A stretch of DNA of 63,811 nucleotides, counting the filler, from Chrysochromulina tobinii (taxonomy: Eukaryota), in assembly GCA_001275005.1 (NCBI GenBank). It is 6 parts of 6 records of this genome, joined end to end, with 100 filler letters (N's around TTAATTAATTAA, not from the genome) between each part and the next. Parts side by side here need not be neighbours in the genome. Positions count along the whole stretch, not along the records: positions 29,960 to 45,462 come from JWZX01001294.1; positions 45,563 to 61,311 come from JWZX01001296.1; 4 more parts are not named here. One strand, 5' to 3'. Both the position numbers and the translations under genes were made by a program. A model generated the notes under the pieces. It made no database searches, was not told where the DNA came from, and saw nothing but the letters and a program-made list of their open reading frames with translations. This document shows, piece by piece, positions 43,378 to 53,028 of this stretch; the stretch's first letter is position 1; the number at the start of each line of letters is the position of its first letter.

Positions 43378-44907
43378 CTACAGGTGCAGCGACGGGCCGA
43401 CCAGCTCTGCAGGATCTACATCGAGCACACTGCGCGCGCCACGCGAACGCGGAGTGAGCGCGCCACCGCTTCTCGAGCTTCCACTGTGGTCTGAGAGCGG
43501 GCTGGAAGCGTTGCCCAGCCGCCAGCCAGCTTGCTCTTTGGCGCCTTGAATGCCCGTAAGCGATGCGAGGTGAAAGATGACCAGTGTGACGCAGAGCAAG
43601 GCGGCGATCGCCATGTCCGACGCGCTCAGGCTTAGCGGCGGGGCCAACCAAGAAAATGGCAGAGGCACGGGCCGCACGAAGGCGAGAAGGGTGGTGGGTA
43701 GCAGCAGCGCACTCCCGACGGCCAACCACGTCTTGCCCCCTGCACAGAGGAGAGCAAAGGAGGCGGCGCTCCAAAACGTGGATGCGATGAAGAAGGTGAG
43801 CAGTGCCGGAGTGCCGTACGCATCCGAGGCGTCGGTACAGATGACGGCATTGAAGCCGCTCATGCAGCAGCGCAGGCCGCGCGCGAGCTGAAGGAGGGAC
43901 TCATGAATGGGTTGCTGACGAAGCAACATCAGCATAGGCGGTCCAATGAAGAGACCAATCAACAGCTGCAGGGCTGCGATGCAGGTGTTGAGCAAGAGCT
44001 GATCCGCTGGCTGGCGCATCAGGCAGCGGCGCTTGTGCACATTGGCAAACGCGGCGATGACAGCGGCGAGCACGAAGACTAGTCGGCCGGTCGGCGCGGG
44101 CAGCCGCTCGTCCTTGCTGAGGAGGCTGATGCTGCTGTCTGCCCTCGCAGACACCGTGTGCGCCGCTGCAGGGGGGGTGCGCGTGCCAAATCCTTCCAAA
44201 GGCGAGGCTTGCGATGAGGGCGTGTCTATCCATTCGATGAACACGCCGTCGGGCGCTGCTGGATCCCACGCAGATTGCAAGGCGGCAAAGACAGTGCCCG
44301 CGATAAGCGTGGCGCTGAGTATTCGGTAAGTCACGTGTGAAGTGACCACGTGAGCGATACACTCCGAGGGCGTGAGCTGGTTGACCATGTAAGAGATGCC
44401 ATGGCGCAAGAAGGGCAAGAAGCCCCCTTCACTCTCTTTAGACCCGGCCGGCAAGCCTGATGCGACCGATGCTGGAAGCAGCATCGCTAGGATGGCTGTC
44501 GCCGGGATGGTGGCCTGCAGAAGTAGCGCTTGCTGTATCCCGGAGATTGCGGTGGCCCCTTCGAGGGCCAACAACGAGTGCATCGTGTCCAGCGCGGCCA
44601 TGCTGAGCAGGTCACAGGCGTTGGGCCGCTGCAGCACTTCGCTTTCGGGCAACGACCCGTTACCTGCGCCCTGGTTTCGTGCGAGCAAGAGCAAGATGAA
44701 TAGTGCGAGGTTCATGAGCGCAAGCTGCGTGTGCATGAGGAGCACGCCCGTGGGCATACGGAGCACCATCTGCGCGTATGTCAGACGCTCAAGTACCCCG
44801 AGCAGCATGTAGCCAACGAGACCTGCTACGCTTACACACCAGCCCCAATGCCGAGTAGATCGAGGGGCCTCCTCTCGATCGGGCAGCAAAGGTGAGGACA
44901 ACGACAT
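43378..44907 (-). CDS. CRT-like (chloroquine-resistance transporter-like, DMT superfamily) membrane transporter
   Basis: About 10 hydrophobic helices, LLQATIP, and a GLRC...C loop between late TMs. Confidence 0.65.
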   Translation of the reverse strand: MSLSSPLLPDREEAPRSTRHWGWCVSVAGLVGYMLLGVLERLTYAQMVLRMPTGVLLMHTQLALMNLALFILLLLARNQGAGNGSLPESEVLQRPNACDLLSMAALDTMHSLLALEGATAISGIQQALLLQATIPATAILAMLLPASVASGLPAGSKESEGGFLPFLRHGISYMVNQLTPSECIAHVVTSHVTYRILSATLIAGTVFAALQSAWDPAAPDGVFIEWIDTPSSQASPLEGFGTRTPPAAAHTVSARADSSISLLSKDERLPAPTGRLVFVLAAVIAAFANVHKRRCLMRQPADQLLLNTCIAALQLLIGLFIGPPMLMLLRQQPIHESLLQLARGLRCCMSGFNAVICTDASDAYGTPALLTFFIASTFWSAASFALLCAGGKTWLAVGSALLLPTTLLAFVRPVPLPFSWLAPPLSLSASDMAIAALLCVTLVIFHLASLTGIQGAKEQAGWRLGNASSPLSDHSGSSRSGGALTPRSRGARSVLDVDPAELVGPSLHL

Positions 44908-45462
44908 GAACACGTCGAGCCGGATCTGCGCGCGCCCACCGAGGGCTCGCCCTTAATGTTCAGCCTCTTGGCGTCGCGAGTCGGACCGCGGGCCCGCCAG
45001 CCGCGCGGATTCAGGGACGAAAGGCAGAGAAGAGAATCGCGCCGATTACACAGAGAATCACGCAAACTTGTTCAACTGCAGAGTATGTTCACAGTCAATG
45101 GTTACACCCGTGGTTCGGTGAGACGGTATACCGTAGCACACATATCAGATTCAGAAAGTTGCATCGGACTTAATGGAGAGATTGAGGGAGGATACCGAAG
45201 GTACCCGCGGGTACGTCACGCCGACCCTTTAGAGAGGATGAAAGATGTAAGATCGAAAGTCGATCCCTAGGAACCTTCGTTCCGTTTTTTACATAAACTG
45301 ATGCGCTAAAACCGACACCAAAAACGGTCCGCCAAAACGTCCCTCCGCCGCTACAACTGCCCCAAATCAGTAGACGGTTGTGTGACATTACAGGGGGGGA
45401 AATGTAATTTCAACCTTCGGACTCTCGGAATCCTAAACATCTTGGCCTTGGGGGCCTTGGGG

Positions 45463-45562
45463 NNNNNNNNNNNNNNNNNNNNNNNNNNNNNNNNNNNNNN
45501 NNNNNNTTAATTAATTAANNNNNNNNNNNNNNNNNNNNNNNNNNNNNNNNNNNNNNNNNNNN
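45463..45562. other. Artificial contig spacer
   Basis: N44-TTAATTAATTAA-N44. Confidence 0.97.
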
Positions 45563-45770
45563 AGCGCCGCCAGCCCCGCCGCCGCCAGCCCCGCCGCCGC
45601 CAGCCCCGCCGCCGCCAGCTCCTCCCCCGCCGCCGCCGCCAGCGCCGCTGCCGCCGCCTCCTGTGGTGGTAGCGGCGCCTCCGTCCGGCGCGGTCGTACT
45701 GGATGTGGTGGACAACTCGCCCAGTTCTCTACCCGCGACGAAGCCGAGGGGGCTCTCACTGTATGACTGA
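45563..45770 (+). CDS. 3' end of a Pro-rich protein (...PPPPVVVAAPPSGAVVLDVVDNSPSSLPATKPRGLSLYD*)
   Basis: Open frame from the contig start to TGA at 45768-45770. Confidence 0.5.
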
Positions 45771-46107
45771 CGTGGCAGCCTCACAGTCCGGACCGCGATG
45801 TGCAGAAGCCACGGAAGAGGAGCATCATGGGGCACTTTAGCCTTTCGATTCGAGACTCACCGTGCCTATATACACACAGCCAATGAGGGGTCGAGTTGCA
45901 TGCGCTCGCCCGGCCCCGCGACGCGGCGTCCGGCGAGGCGCGGGGTCGTTCGCGTCCAAGCCGCATGCGCAAGCGATGTGTATCAAGGATACACACACCG
46001 TAGTGCGTAGACCGTAGACGGGGCTCCACGGTCACGTCATATAGTTCCGCTCATAAGAGGTGTGTTTATTTCACGGCGCCGAGAACTTAGTATACCGTCG
46101 TCGACGC

Positions 46108-48207
46108 CTAGCTCGGCCGCCGCACCTCAATATAGAAGCGGCGCTGCTTGGCACGGCTCGCCCAGAGCCGATCAAAGTATGAGGCGCCTCCGTCGCCAAA
46201 CCCGGCGGGCCACCCTTCGTTGACCAGCTGGCAGCCCGCCGGGCCGATCCTAGCCTTGATCGCCTGCGCGCCGCTCGCGGTGCCCGAGGCGGCACGGAAG
46301 GCGCTCGCGCCCGCGGCGCTGTGTTGGCGCATATCGAGGAGGGTGTGCGCGACACGGTCGAGCAACTCGAGGTTGTCCGAGATGATGAGCAGCCGCCCGT
46401 CGGCCACGAGCGCCAGCAGCGCGTCCCGCAAAAATGGCGCCCCGAGCAGATAGCCGGTGCCGTCGTCGTGGTCGGCCGGCGGCTCTGGAAAAGTGACCCA
46501 AATGCTTGAAAAGGAGCGAGGGCGTACATGGTGGCGTAACGCGAGTGCGGCATCACCCCCGAGCACGGCGAGATTGGGGAGAGACTCAGTTCGAAGCCTA
46601 TCGAAGATTTGGTGGATGCGGTCGCCCCGGAGCTCGCTGGCGACCCAATTGACATGTGGCGCCGTGCGCGCCTGCGCTGCCACCCATTCGCCGCTGCCCG
46701 AGCCGATTTCGAGATGGATGGGCCTTGCCGCGCCGCCTCCGCCTGCGCCGCCGCCAAAGATATCGGTCGCCCAGCGCACCTGGCATTTGGAATTGACTGC
46801 CCGCTTTGCCCGCTTGAGCACTCGCCGCTCGCTCTTGGCGACGGCGCCGTCGTCCGCGCGCGCACACAGCGCCTGCAGAGTGCCCAAGCCGAGCCGGTCG
46901 AGGCGTGTGGTGAGCAAGGCGGCGAGGCGCCACCGGCGCAGCGCCTTAGGTGTCTGGCCATAGGCGGGTGGCTGCTCGGCGAGCGGCGTGGCAGCTAGCT
47001 TCGCAGTACTTTGACTCACAAGTACGACGCGTGCGTACAGTGCCTCAGTCTGCCGCAGGTGGCGGCGCAGCTCAGCCGTGCTCGGCTTGTCGCCGTCGCC
47101 GCCGCTGCTGCTGACGGCGGCGGTCGAAGCCGCCTCACCGTCCGAAGCGGCGCCACGCTTGCGCCGCTTCGTCGGCCGCACCTCATCCTCATCGCCGTCC
47201 GCCACAGCACGCGCTGTCGCCGGCGCTGTCGCCGGCGCGTCGGCGGGCCCGCGGCCAGGCGGCGCGTCGAGCGAGTACCCGCCTGCCGCGAGCAGCTGTG
47301 TGAGGCGCTCGAGCTCACGTCTCGACTCCGCCTCCCGATGCTGCAGGAAGGCTTGCTGTTGCCACCCCTCGGTGGACTGCTCATCGCGGTCTTCATAGAG
47401 TGCCGTCTCGGCGCCCTCCTCGAGACGCGCCGACGCGCTGCGCAGCCGTGCGGCAGCGCGGGACCACTCGAGCCGTGCGGCATGTGCCGTGGCGAAGGCG
47501 AGGTGCAGCGCGACCGATGGCGTGAGCTGTGGCTGGCGCGCCAGCAGCGCCTCCGCCGCCTCGACGCGTAGGCCCATGCACAGGCACCGGCCCGCGTAGT
47601 CGGCGCTCGCCGCGTCGAGGGGCACGCTCCACTCGGATAGCATCCGATCGACGAACGGCTCCACCCGCTCAACGTCGCCCCACACCAGGCACGCGCGCAG
47701 ATACGCTTTGCAGCTGCGCAAGTCCGGCACTGTGTGCAGCTGCTCGACGGCGCTCACAAGCGTCGCCTCGGCGGCCTGCAGCTCTCCGGTGAGGCACAGC
47801 CCGTTGACCACTGCAGCGTACGTCGTGGCGGTGGGCATTAAGCTGCGGCTGCGCATGTCGGCAAGAAGCGTGGCAGCGCGGCCGTTGTCACCGCACTTGG
47901 CCGCGACACCAATCAGCACGTTGAATGTCACCGCGGTAGGCTTCAGCCCTTCGGCAAGCAGCTCCTCGAAGCACGTGAATGCTGCGCCAAGCTTGCGCTC
48001 ACGGCCGAGAGCGTGGATGCGCTTGTTGAATTCGACGACCCGGGAGTGCGCGGATGGTCCGCCACCTTTGCGATTGGCGCCGACGGCCTCGGCGGCTGCG
48101 GCCGGCGGCACAGAGCGCGCTGTGGCAAGCGGCGGCAGCGCGGAGCCCTCAGTGGCAGTGGCAGTGGCAGTGGCCCTCAGGGCCAGTCGACGCTCCTTCC
48201 TGTTCAT
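46108..48207 (-). CDS. PPR-repeat + TrmB-like tRNA (guanine-N7) methyltransferase (PPR-TGM type)
   Basis: PPR motifs: GLKPTAVTFNVLIGVAAKCGD, PTATTYAAVVNGLCLTGE. MTase: LEIGSGSGEW, NWVASELR, NLAVLGGDA, FPEPP, SDN. Confidence 0.88.
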   Translation of the reverse strand: MNRKERRLALRATATATATEGSALPPLATARSVPPAAAAEAVGANRKGGGPSAHSRVVEFNKRIHALGRERKLGAAFTCFEELLAEGLKPTAVTFNVLIGVAAKCGDNGRAATLLADMRSRSLMPTATTYAAVVNGLCLTGELQAAEATLVSAVEQLHTVPDLRSCKAYLRACLVWGDVERVEPFVDRMLSEWSVPLDAASADYAGRCLCMGLRVEAAEALLARQPQLTPSVALHLAFATAHAARLEWSRAAARLRSASARLEEGAETALYEDRDEQSTEGWQQQAFLQHREAESRRELERLTQLLAAGGYSLDAPPGRGPADAPATAPATARAVADGDEDEVRPTKRRKRGAASDGEAASTAAVSSSGGDGDKPSTAELRRHLRQTEALYARVVLVSQSTAKLAATPLAEQPPAYGQTPKALRRWRLAALLTTRLDRLGLGTLQALCARADDGAVAKSERRVLKRAKRAVNSKCQVRWATDIFGGGAGGGGAARPIHLEIGSGSGEWVAAQARTAPHVNWVASELRGDRIHQIFDRLRTESLPNLAVLGGDAALALRHHVRPRSFSSIWVTFPEPPADHDDGTGYLLGAPFLRDALLALVADGRLLIISDNLELLDRVAHTLLDMRQHSAAGASAFRAASGTASGAQAIKARIGPAGCQLVNEGWPAGFGDGGASYFDRLWASRAKQRRFYIEVRRPS

Positions 48208-48269
48208 CTGGCCTCTCGTGAACGATCTCGTGAACCCTTTTTTTTCTTACGAACAGCCGACGCACATCG

Positions 48270-48410
48270 TAAAAACACCGGTTCAAAAACACCGGGGAGC
48301 CGGGACAGACCCGGTAAAAAGACACCGGGGGGAGCCCCGGACACACACGGGACACACACGGGACACACACCGTCACCGATTCAGAGTCCGTCACCGATTC
48401 AGAGTCCGCG
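48270..48410. repeat. Cluster of short tandem duplications upstream of PPR-TrmB
   Basis: AAAAACACCGG x2-3, GGACACACAC x3, CGTCACCGATTCAGAGTC x2. Confidence 0.7.
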
Positions 48411-48737
48411 GCACATCCCGGGTCAACGGTGTGGTGGAGGGAACATGGCAACATCACATATACCGTCGTCCTGAAAAGAATTCAGTCTATGAAACGGGAA
48501 AGCAGCACCAGGCTCACCAGCAGCAGGATGAGGGATCAAGGGTAACACTTCCACCGACGGTCGCAACTCGCAAGCGTCCAACTGCGACACACGCAGGTAA
48601 TTACCCTATGGTGTTTCAACATAGTGGGGCGCGACTATATAATACGGAGCTATATTTTCATCTTTGTGGATCCCATTGCTTCTGCTTATCCTACTGTTCA
48701 GCTGGACGGCGTAAAACGAAACCAAGCCAGAACTATC

Positions 48738-49223
48738 TCACTTTCGCTGCCTATCTTGCAACCGGCGATCCCAGTCGTCCAACGGCGTAACCTGAGTCTC
48801 GCTCTGCAACACTTCGGCTTCGGCATCCTCGCCAATAGCCAACAGCCCAGCGGAGCAGATAAGGCTGATGGCGACAGTCTCGAGCAGCGGCTGAATGCCA
48901 GCCGCATTTCCATCGCTGAGCGTTGCGCACGCCGCGTACAGTAATGTCGCCGAAGCCAGTGCGGCCGCCGGAGGCGCCTCCGCCGCACGGCCCAGCACAG
49001 CGAGTGGCACATACAGTAGCGCAAACAGCGGCGTGCCAACAGCCAGCGCAGCGGCCACGGGGGTGCCTTGGAGTGCGAGACGCAGCACCGCCGGTGCGCG
49101 ATCGTCCTCAGCCGCTGCGGGGATGGAAAGCCTTGTGGAGTGCGTGTACGCGCGTTGCATCTGCAACGGTGGGCTTGGGAGCAGCGCCATGATGGAGGTG
49201 GTCGGCAGGAGCAGGTTGAGCAT
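48738..49223 (-). CDS. Small putative plastid-targeted membrane protein
   Basis: Hydrophobic N-terminus, transit-like region, three hydrophobic helices and a DDWDRRL tail. Confidence 0.55.
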   Translation of the reverse strand: MLNLLLPTTSIMALLPSPPLQMQRAYTHSTRLSIPAAAEDDRAPAVLRLALQGTPVAAALAVGTPLFALLYVPLAVLGRAAEAPPAAALASATLLYAACATLSDGNAAGIQPLLETVAISLICSAGLLAIGEDAEAEVLQSETQVTPLDDWDRRLQDRQRK

Positions 49224-49600
49224 GTTTTCTCTCAATCACAGAGACTTCACACCACACGTAAACTGGACTCTCGAAATGAGACACATAATCACAGTCACAC
49301 CACCGAAGCAAATATAAGAACGGAACGAAATCAATTTCAAGATTGGCCCCCTCTCGAACACACGACAGAAACCGAGCGCGAAGTAACTGAGCGTTTGGAT
49401 TCATGCCAGACCGCCCAACGTCCCGATAACGACTCGAGTCCAGCCACATGCGCCATGCCAGTATAACGAGTAAGCATGCGCGAGAGAGGAAGGCCCCCGT
49501 CCCGCACCGTATTACAAAGGAGTCGCGCCCTCTGCCGACGCGATTGGCGCTCTCCGATTCCAGCTCAGGGCATCCAAAGAAGACCACGGGGCTGTGCACG

Positions 49601-52600
49601 TCAGAGGTTGACGCTGACCTCCTCCTCATCGGCCTGGAAGAAATGCGCATAGCGCAGCGAGAGCAGGCGCAGGAAGGGCACGTTCTCGAGGAACATGACG
49701 TGGACGGCGCGCCCGATCGCATCAACACCGGTCTGCTGATGGAACGTAACGGCGATGCGCCGCAGCGATGCACCGCTGAGTGAGCTCAGGGCGTTCTCGG
49801 CCATGCGCGCAATGGCCTGCCGGCGCGGATCGCTCTCCGGCAGGTGGCCCGGCGGCTGCATATGGCTCGAGTAGAGCGGCACAAAGAGGTCCTGCGTGGA
49901 GCCAATGAGCAGCACGTGCTTGAAGCGCGGGAAGCGCCCCTTGGCATTCAAGCGGAGCAGCGCGTGGTTGCCCGAGGCTTGCCCGTCCACCATCGAGATC
50001 TCCTTCAGAGTCACGTCGCCCGCCACGTTGGCCATGAACCAGAGGCCCGAGGCGACCATGTACGAGTCGCTCGGCACGAGTAAGCCAAGGAGAGGGCACG
50101 AGATCGCGCAGAGCGTGTGCAGAAAGGGGAGGTACTTGCGCATGTGCGGCAGGTTGAGCGCCGCACTGAGCACGCATCCCCCGATCGAGAAGGCGATGAA
50201 AGAGATGTGCTGGAGCTCGAGCTTCTCGCGCGCGCTGCTGATAAAGTCGTCCACCTCCATCGCCAGCCGCTCCGCAAACGTCTCAATCGGCGTGTTGGTC
50301 CCTTTCGAGTTCGCCTGGGAGATCAAAAAGGCCACGCGCGGCAGTTGCAGCTGCAGGTAGGAGCACAGGAGGCGCATATCGAAGGCAGAGCCCGCGTAGC
50401 CGTGAATGAGCACGATCAGGTTGTTACACTTGCGCCGCCGCGGCCGCGCCGACGGCCGGCGCTGCGGCGCTTGGGACGGGGCCGCGCTGCTAGCTTCGGT
50501 TGAGGAAGGAACCCGCTTGAGCTTGGCGGCCTCGGCCACCGAGGCAGCGAGCTCCATTCCTTTCCAACTCGAGGAGCCGTAGAAGGGGGTGGGTAGCTCT
50601 ACCGTATCTGCGGCGGTCGCGGCGCCCGTGATGGCGCCCGCGACGGCGCCCGCGAGCGTGCTGGTGCTGCGGTCGTTGTCCGGGTCGATGTTGGTACCAC
50701 GCGTCGCCCGCGGCGGCGGCTGAGAAGCCGCCGGCGCGGCGCCGCCCTCGCGGTGCAACTGCTCATGCGTGAGCGCCGTCCCGAGCAACTGCTCATGCCG
50801 CTCACGCAGCAAGCCCGCCGCGAGTCGCAGCTGCTCGGGACGGCGCTCGGGCTGCGTGGTATGGCTCTCGTCCCCTCCGTGCGGTCGTGGCTCGTACGCA
50901 TCCTCCACAAGTGTCGGCTGCGCCTCGTCGAGCACCGGCGGCGCGACGGCCTGCCATCGCTCGGGCCGCTTCTTGCCGAGCACGCCCGCTATGGCTCCTG
51001 GGGAGAGGGGCTCGTCGTCAGGGAAACCCTCCAGAGCGACCGCGAGCGCCTGCGGCTCGAGCGGCGGCGGCGTGAGCATCGGCGCGTCACGGTGCTCAAA
51101 CATGAAGCGACGGGAGAGCAGATGCCGGCCCGTGTGCGCCATGTCGATGCGGTGTTGGCCCTTAGCGAACCACTCGGCAAGGGTGCAGATTGGGACGGAG
51201 CACATCGCCACGACGATCACCGCCCACGCGCTCGAGGCATCCGCGCCAGCCGCCCAGAGCTCTCGCAGCCGATTCTCGTACAAGTTCGCCTCGACCAGCC
51301 CGCTCTCGATGACCACACGCGACCCCCCCGGCGGGTACTCCGGGGCGGCGCCCGGGACGACGCGTCGAGAGGACGGTGGGATCGGCAGCCTCTCCGTCCA
51401 AGGGAGATCTCGAGCACGATCTCGAGCACGATCTCCCTTGGGCGGAGAGGACGGCGGCGGCGGCGAGAGCGCCCCGATGCGCGGCGGCGGCGGCGGCGGC
51501 CCAATGCTCGCCGCCGCCGCTGCCACGAGCGCACTCAACTCCAAATGCGGTGCCTCGGGGTTGATAGTCCGGACCGACTCGCGAAGGTCGTGAGCGCATG
51601 CACGCAGCGGTGCCAGCAGCGCGCCGTGCAGCTGCGGGGCTCGATCGAGCGCCAACTCCAAGGACGCCGCGCCCTCCCACAGTGCCGGTGCGGGCGGCAG
51701 AACCTTGGCACCCGCCACAGGGGCCCGCGCCGTAGTCGAGCGTTCTCCAGGAGCGTTCTCGAGGCTTGTCCTCATCTCGAGGCTCCCCGGCCCGTCAACT
51801 TCAAAGCCGCCTTGTGGAGCACCGGCAATGCGGGCGCGGGCGTACGCGGAGGAGTGAGGAGTCAAGGGACTTTGCTGCCTGGAGAGGACGACGCTGCCGT
51901 TGCCCGTGAGCGCGAGCGGACTGGGCGCCTCCTCCGCGGACGACTGCCTGGAGAGGCTGAGGCTCGCCGTCGAGTGGCGTATGTGGTAACCCACTCCGCT
52001 CGTGTGCACGCACAGCTCCAGGGCGGAGAGGCCGTCGTGCTTGTCCTGCAACACGCACTGCACGAAGACATGCGAGGGGCGCCGCGCCGTGATCCGGTGG
52101 CGCGCCTGCGAGATGGTGCGCTTTGGGATCGCCTCCGACGGCGCAATCGACGCCGCGAGCGTGTCATCGTCCAAGTCTGCCACCCCCCGCCCATCGCCAA
52201 TCGGCATAAAGTCGGCCGACTGACAGCGCCGGCGCAGCTCAAAGACAGCGCTTGCGGCCTCGGGGTCCTCGACGCCCTCACACACGACGCGTACCACGAT
52301 CGGCGGCACCGACGGCAACTGCACCCAACGTGCAGCACTGTCAGCGGGGAGGGCGACTTCCTCGAGAGCGACGCGAAAGAGGAGGGCCTCGTTGAGCACC
52401 TCGGCCGATGCCATGGGCGCGGCGATCCAGCGGCTCACATACTCGTTCGGCCCTCGGCTCGGACCGTCGTTATCGGCGGTGTGCGCACGGCCAGTGCCGC
52501 GGCGGTAGCGTGCGACGAGCTGCGCCCGCGGAGCCGTGCTTGAGGTCCCCACATGCACCGAGACTCGCAGCCGAAACCAGCCGACGAAGGCAAAGTCCAC

Positions 52601-52843
52601 GTCTATGAACCTCGCCAGCTGCACGAGCACATCCACATGCCCAGAGAGGACACCTTGCACTATGGATATGGGCGATTCGCTGCGTGCACTCGTTGACCTG
52701 CTCTCGGCCGGAGAGGTAACCCCGCCTGCCAGCTGAGGAGTAGTGATGGGCACCAGCAGCGGCCGAAGCAGCCAGTGTATTGCGTTCAACACAGTGGCGG
52801 GGTTTAAGGGCGGCGGGCTCTCTCGACTCGCACTACCCCGCAT
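49601..52843 (-). CDS. FAM135-like protein with C-terminal DUF676 alpha/beta-hydrolase
   Basis: LIVLIHGYAGSAFDMR, FLISQAN, ERLAMEV, ISFIAFSIGG, SCPLLG, QDLFVP, IGRAVH. N-terminal VQLARFIDVDF..GWFRLR resembles the FAM135 N-terminus. Confidence 0.82.
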   Translation of the reverse strand: MRGSASRESPPPLNPATVLNAIHWLLRPLLVPITTPQLAGGVTSPAESRSTSARSESPISIVQGVLSGHVDVLVQLARFIDVDFAFVGWFRLRVSVHVGTSSTAPRAQLVARYRRGTGRAHTADNDGPSRGPNEYVSRWIAAPMASAEVLNEALLFRVALEEVALPADSAARWVQLPSVPPIVVRVVCEGVEDPEAASAVFELRRRCQSADFMPIGDGRGVADLDDDTLAASIAPSEAIPKRTISQARHRITARRPSHVFVQCVLQDKHDGLSALELCVHTSGVGYHIRHSTASLSLSRQSSAEEAPSPLALTGNGSVVLSRQQSPLTPHSSAYARARIAGAPQGGFEVDGPGSLEMRTSLENAPGERSTTARAPVAGAKVLPPAPALWEGAASLELALDRAPQLHGALLAPLRACAHDLRESVRTINPEAPHLELSALVAAAAASIGPPPPPPRIGALSPPPPSSPPKGDRARDRARDLPWTERLPIPPSSRRVVPGAAPEYPPGGSRVVIESGLVEANLYENRLRELWAAGADASSAWAVIVVAMCSVPICTLAEWFAKGQHRIDMAHTGRHLLSRRFMFEHRDAPMLTPPPLEPQALAVALEGFPDDEPLSPGAIAGVLGKKRPERWQAVAPPVLDEAQPTLVEDAYEPRPHGGDESHTTQPERRPEQLRLAAGLLRERHEQLLGTALTHEQLHREGGAAPAASQPPPRATRGTNIDPDNDRSTSTLAGAVAGAITGAATAADTVELPTPFYGSSSWKGMELAASVAEAAKLKRVPSSTEASSAAPSQAPQRRPSARPRRRKCNNLIVLIHGYAGSAFDMRLLCSYLQLQLPRVAFLISQANSKGTNTPIETFAERLAMEVDDFISSAREKLELQHISFIAFSIGGCVLSAALNLPHMRKYLPFLHTLCAISCPLLGLLVPSDSYMVASGLWFMANVAGDVTLKEISMVDGQASGNHALLRLNAKGRFPRFKHVLLIGSTQDLFVPLYSSHMQPPGHLPESDPRRQAIARMAENALSSLSGASLRRIAVTFHQQTGVDAIGRAVHVMFLENVPFLRLLSLRYAHFFQADEEEVSVNL

Positions 52844-53028
52844 CTGTGGCGCTCAGGGCACACGTGTGATGCTTTTGCATGCCGAGGACTTTTTCTATGG
52901 CTGCTTTCCATTTTCGGATTGTTTTTTTATTGACGGAGATGCAGTGCTCTTTAATCGTACAACCAACAAAGTTTCTCACCCCGTTTGTCTCCCGCGTGCC
53001 ACGACCCCGAGCGACCTCCTCTTCCTCC

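Noticed and set aside
45170..45462. Lower-GC contig end with CCTTGGGG repeats, possible transposon end or telomere
   Set aside because: Too short and truncated, not TTAGGG, and no partner repeat in the window.
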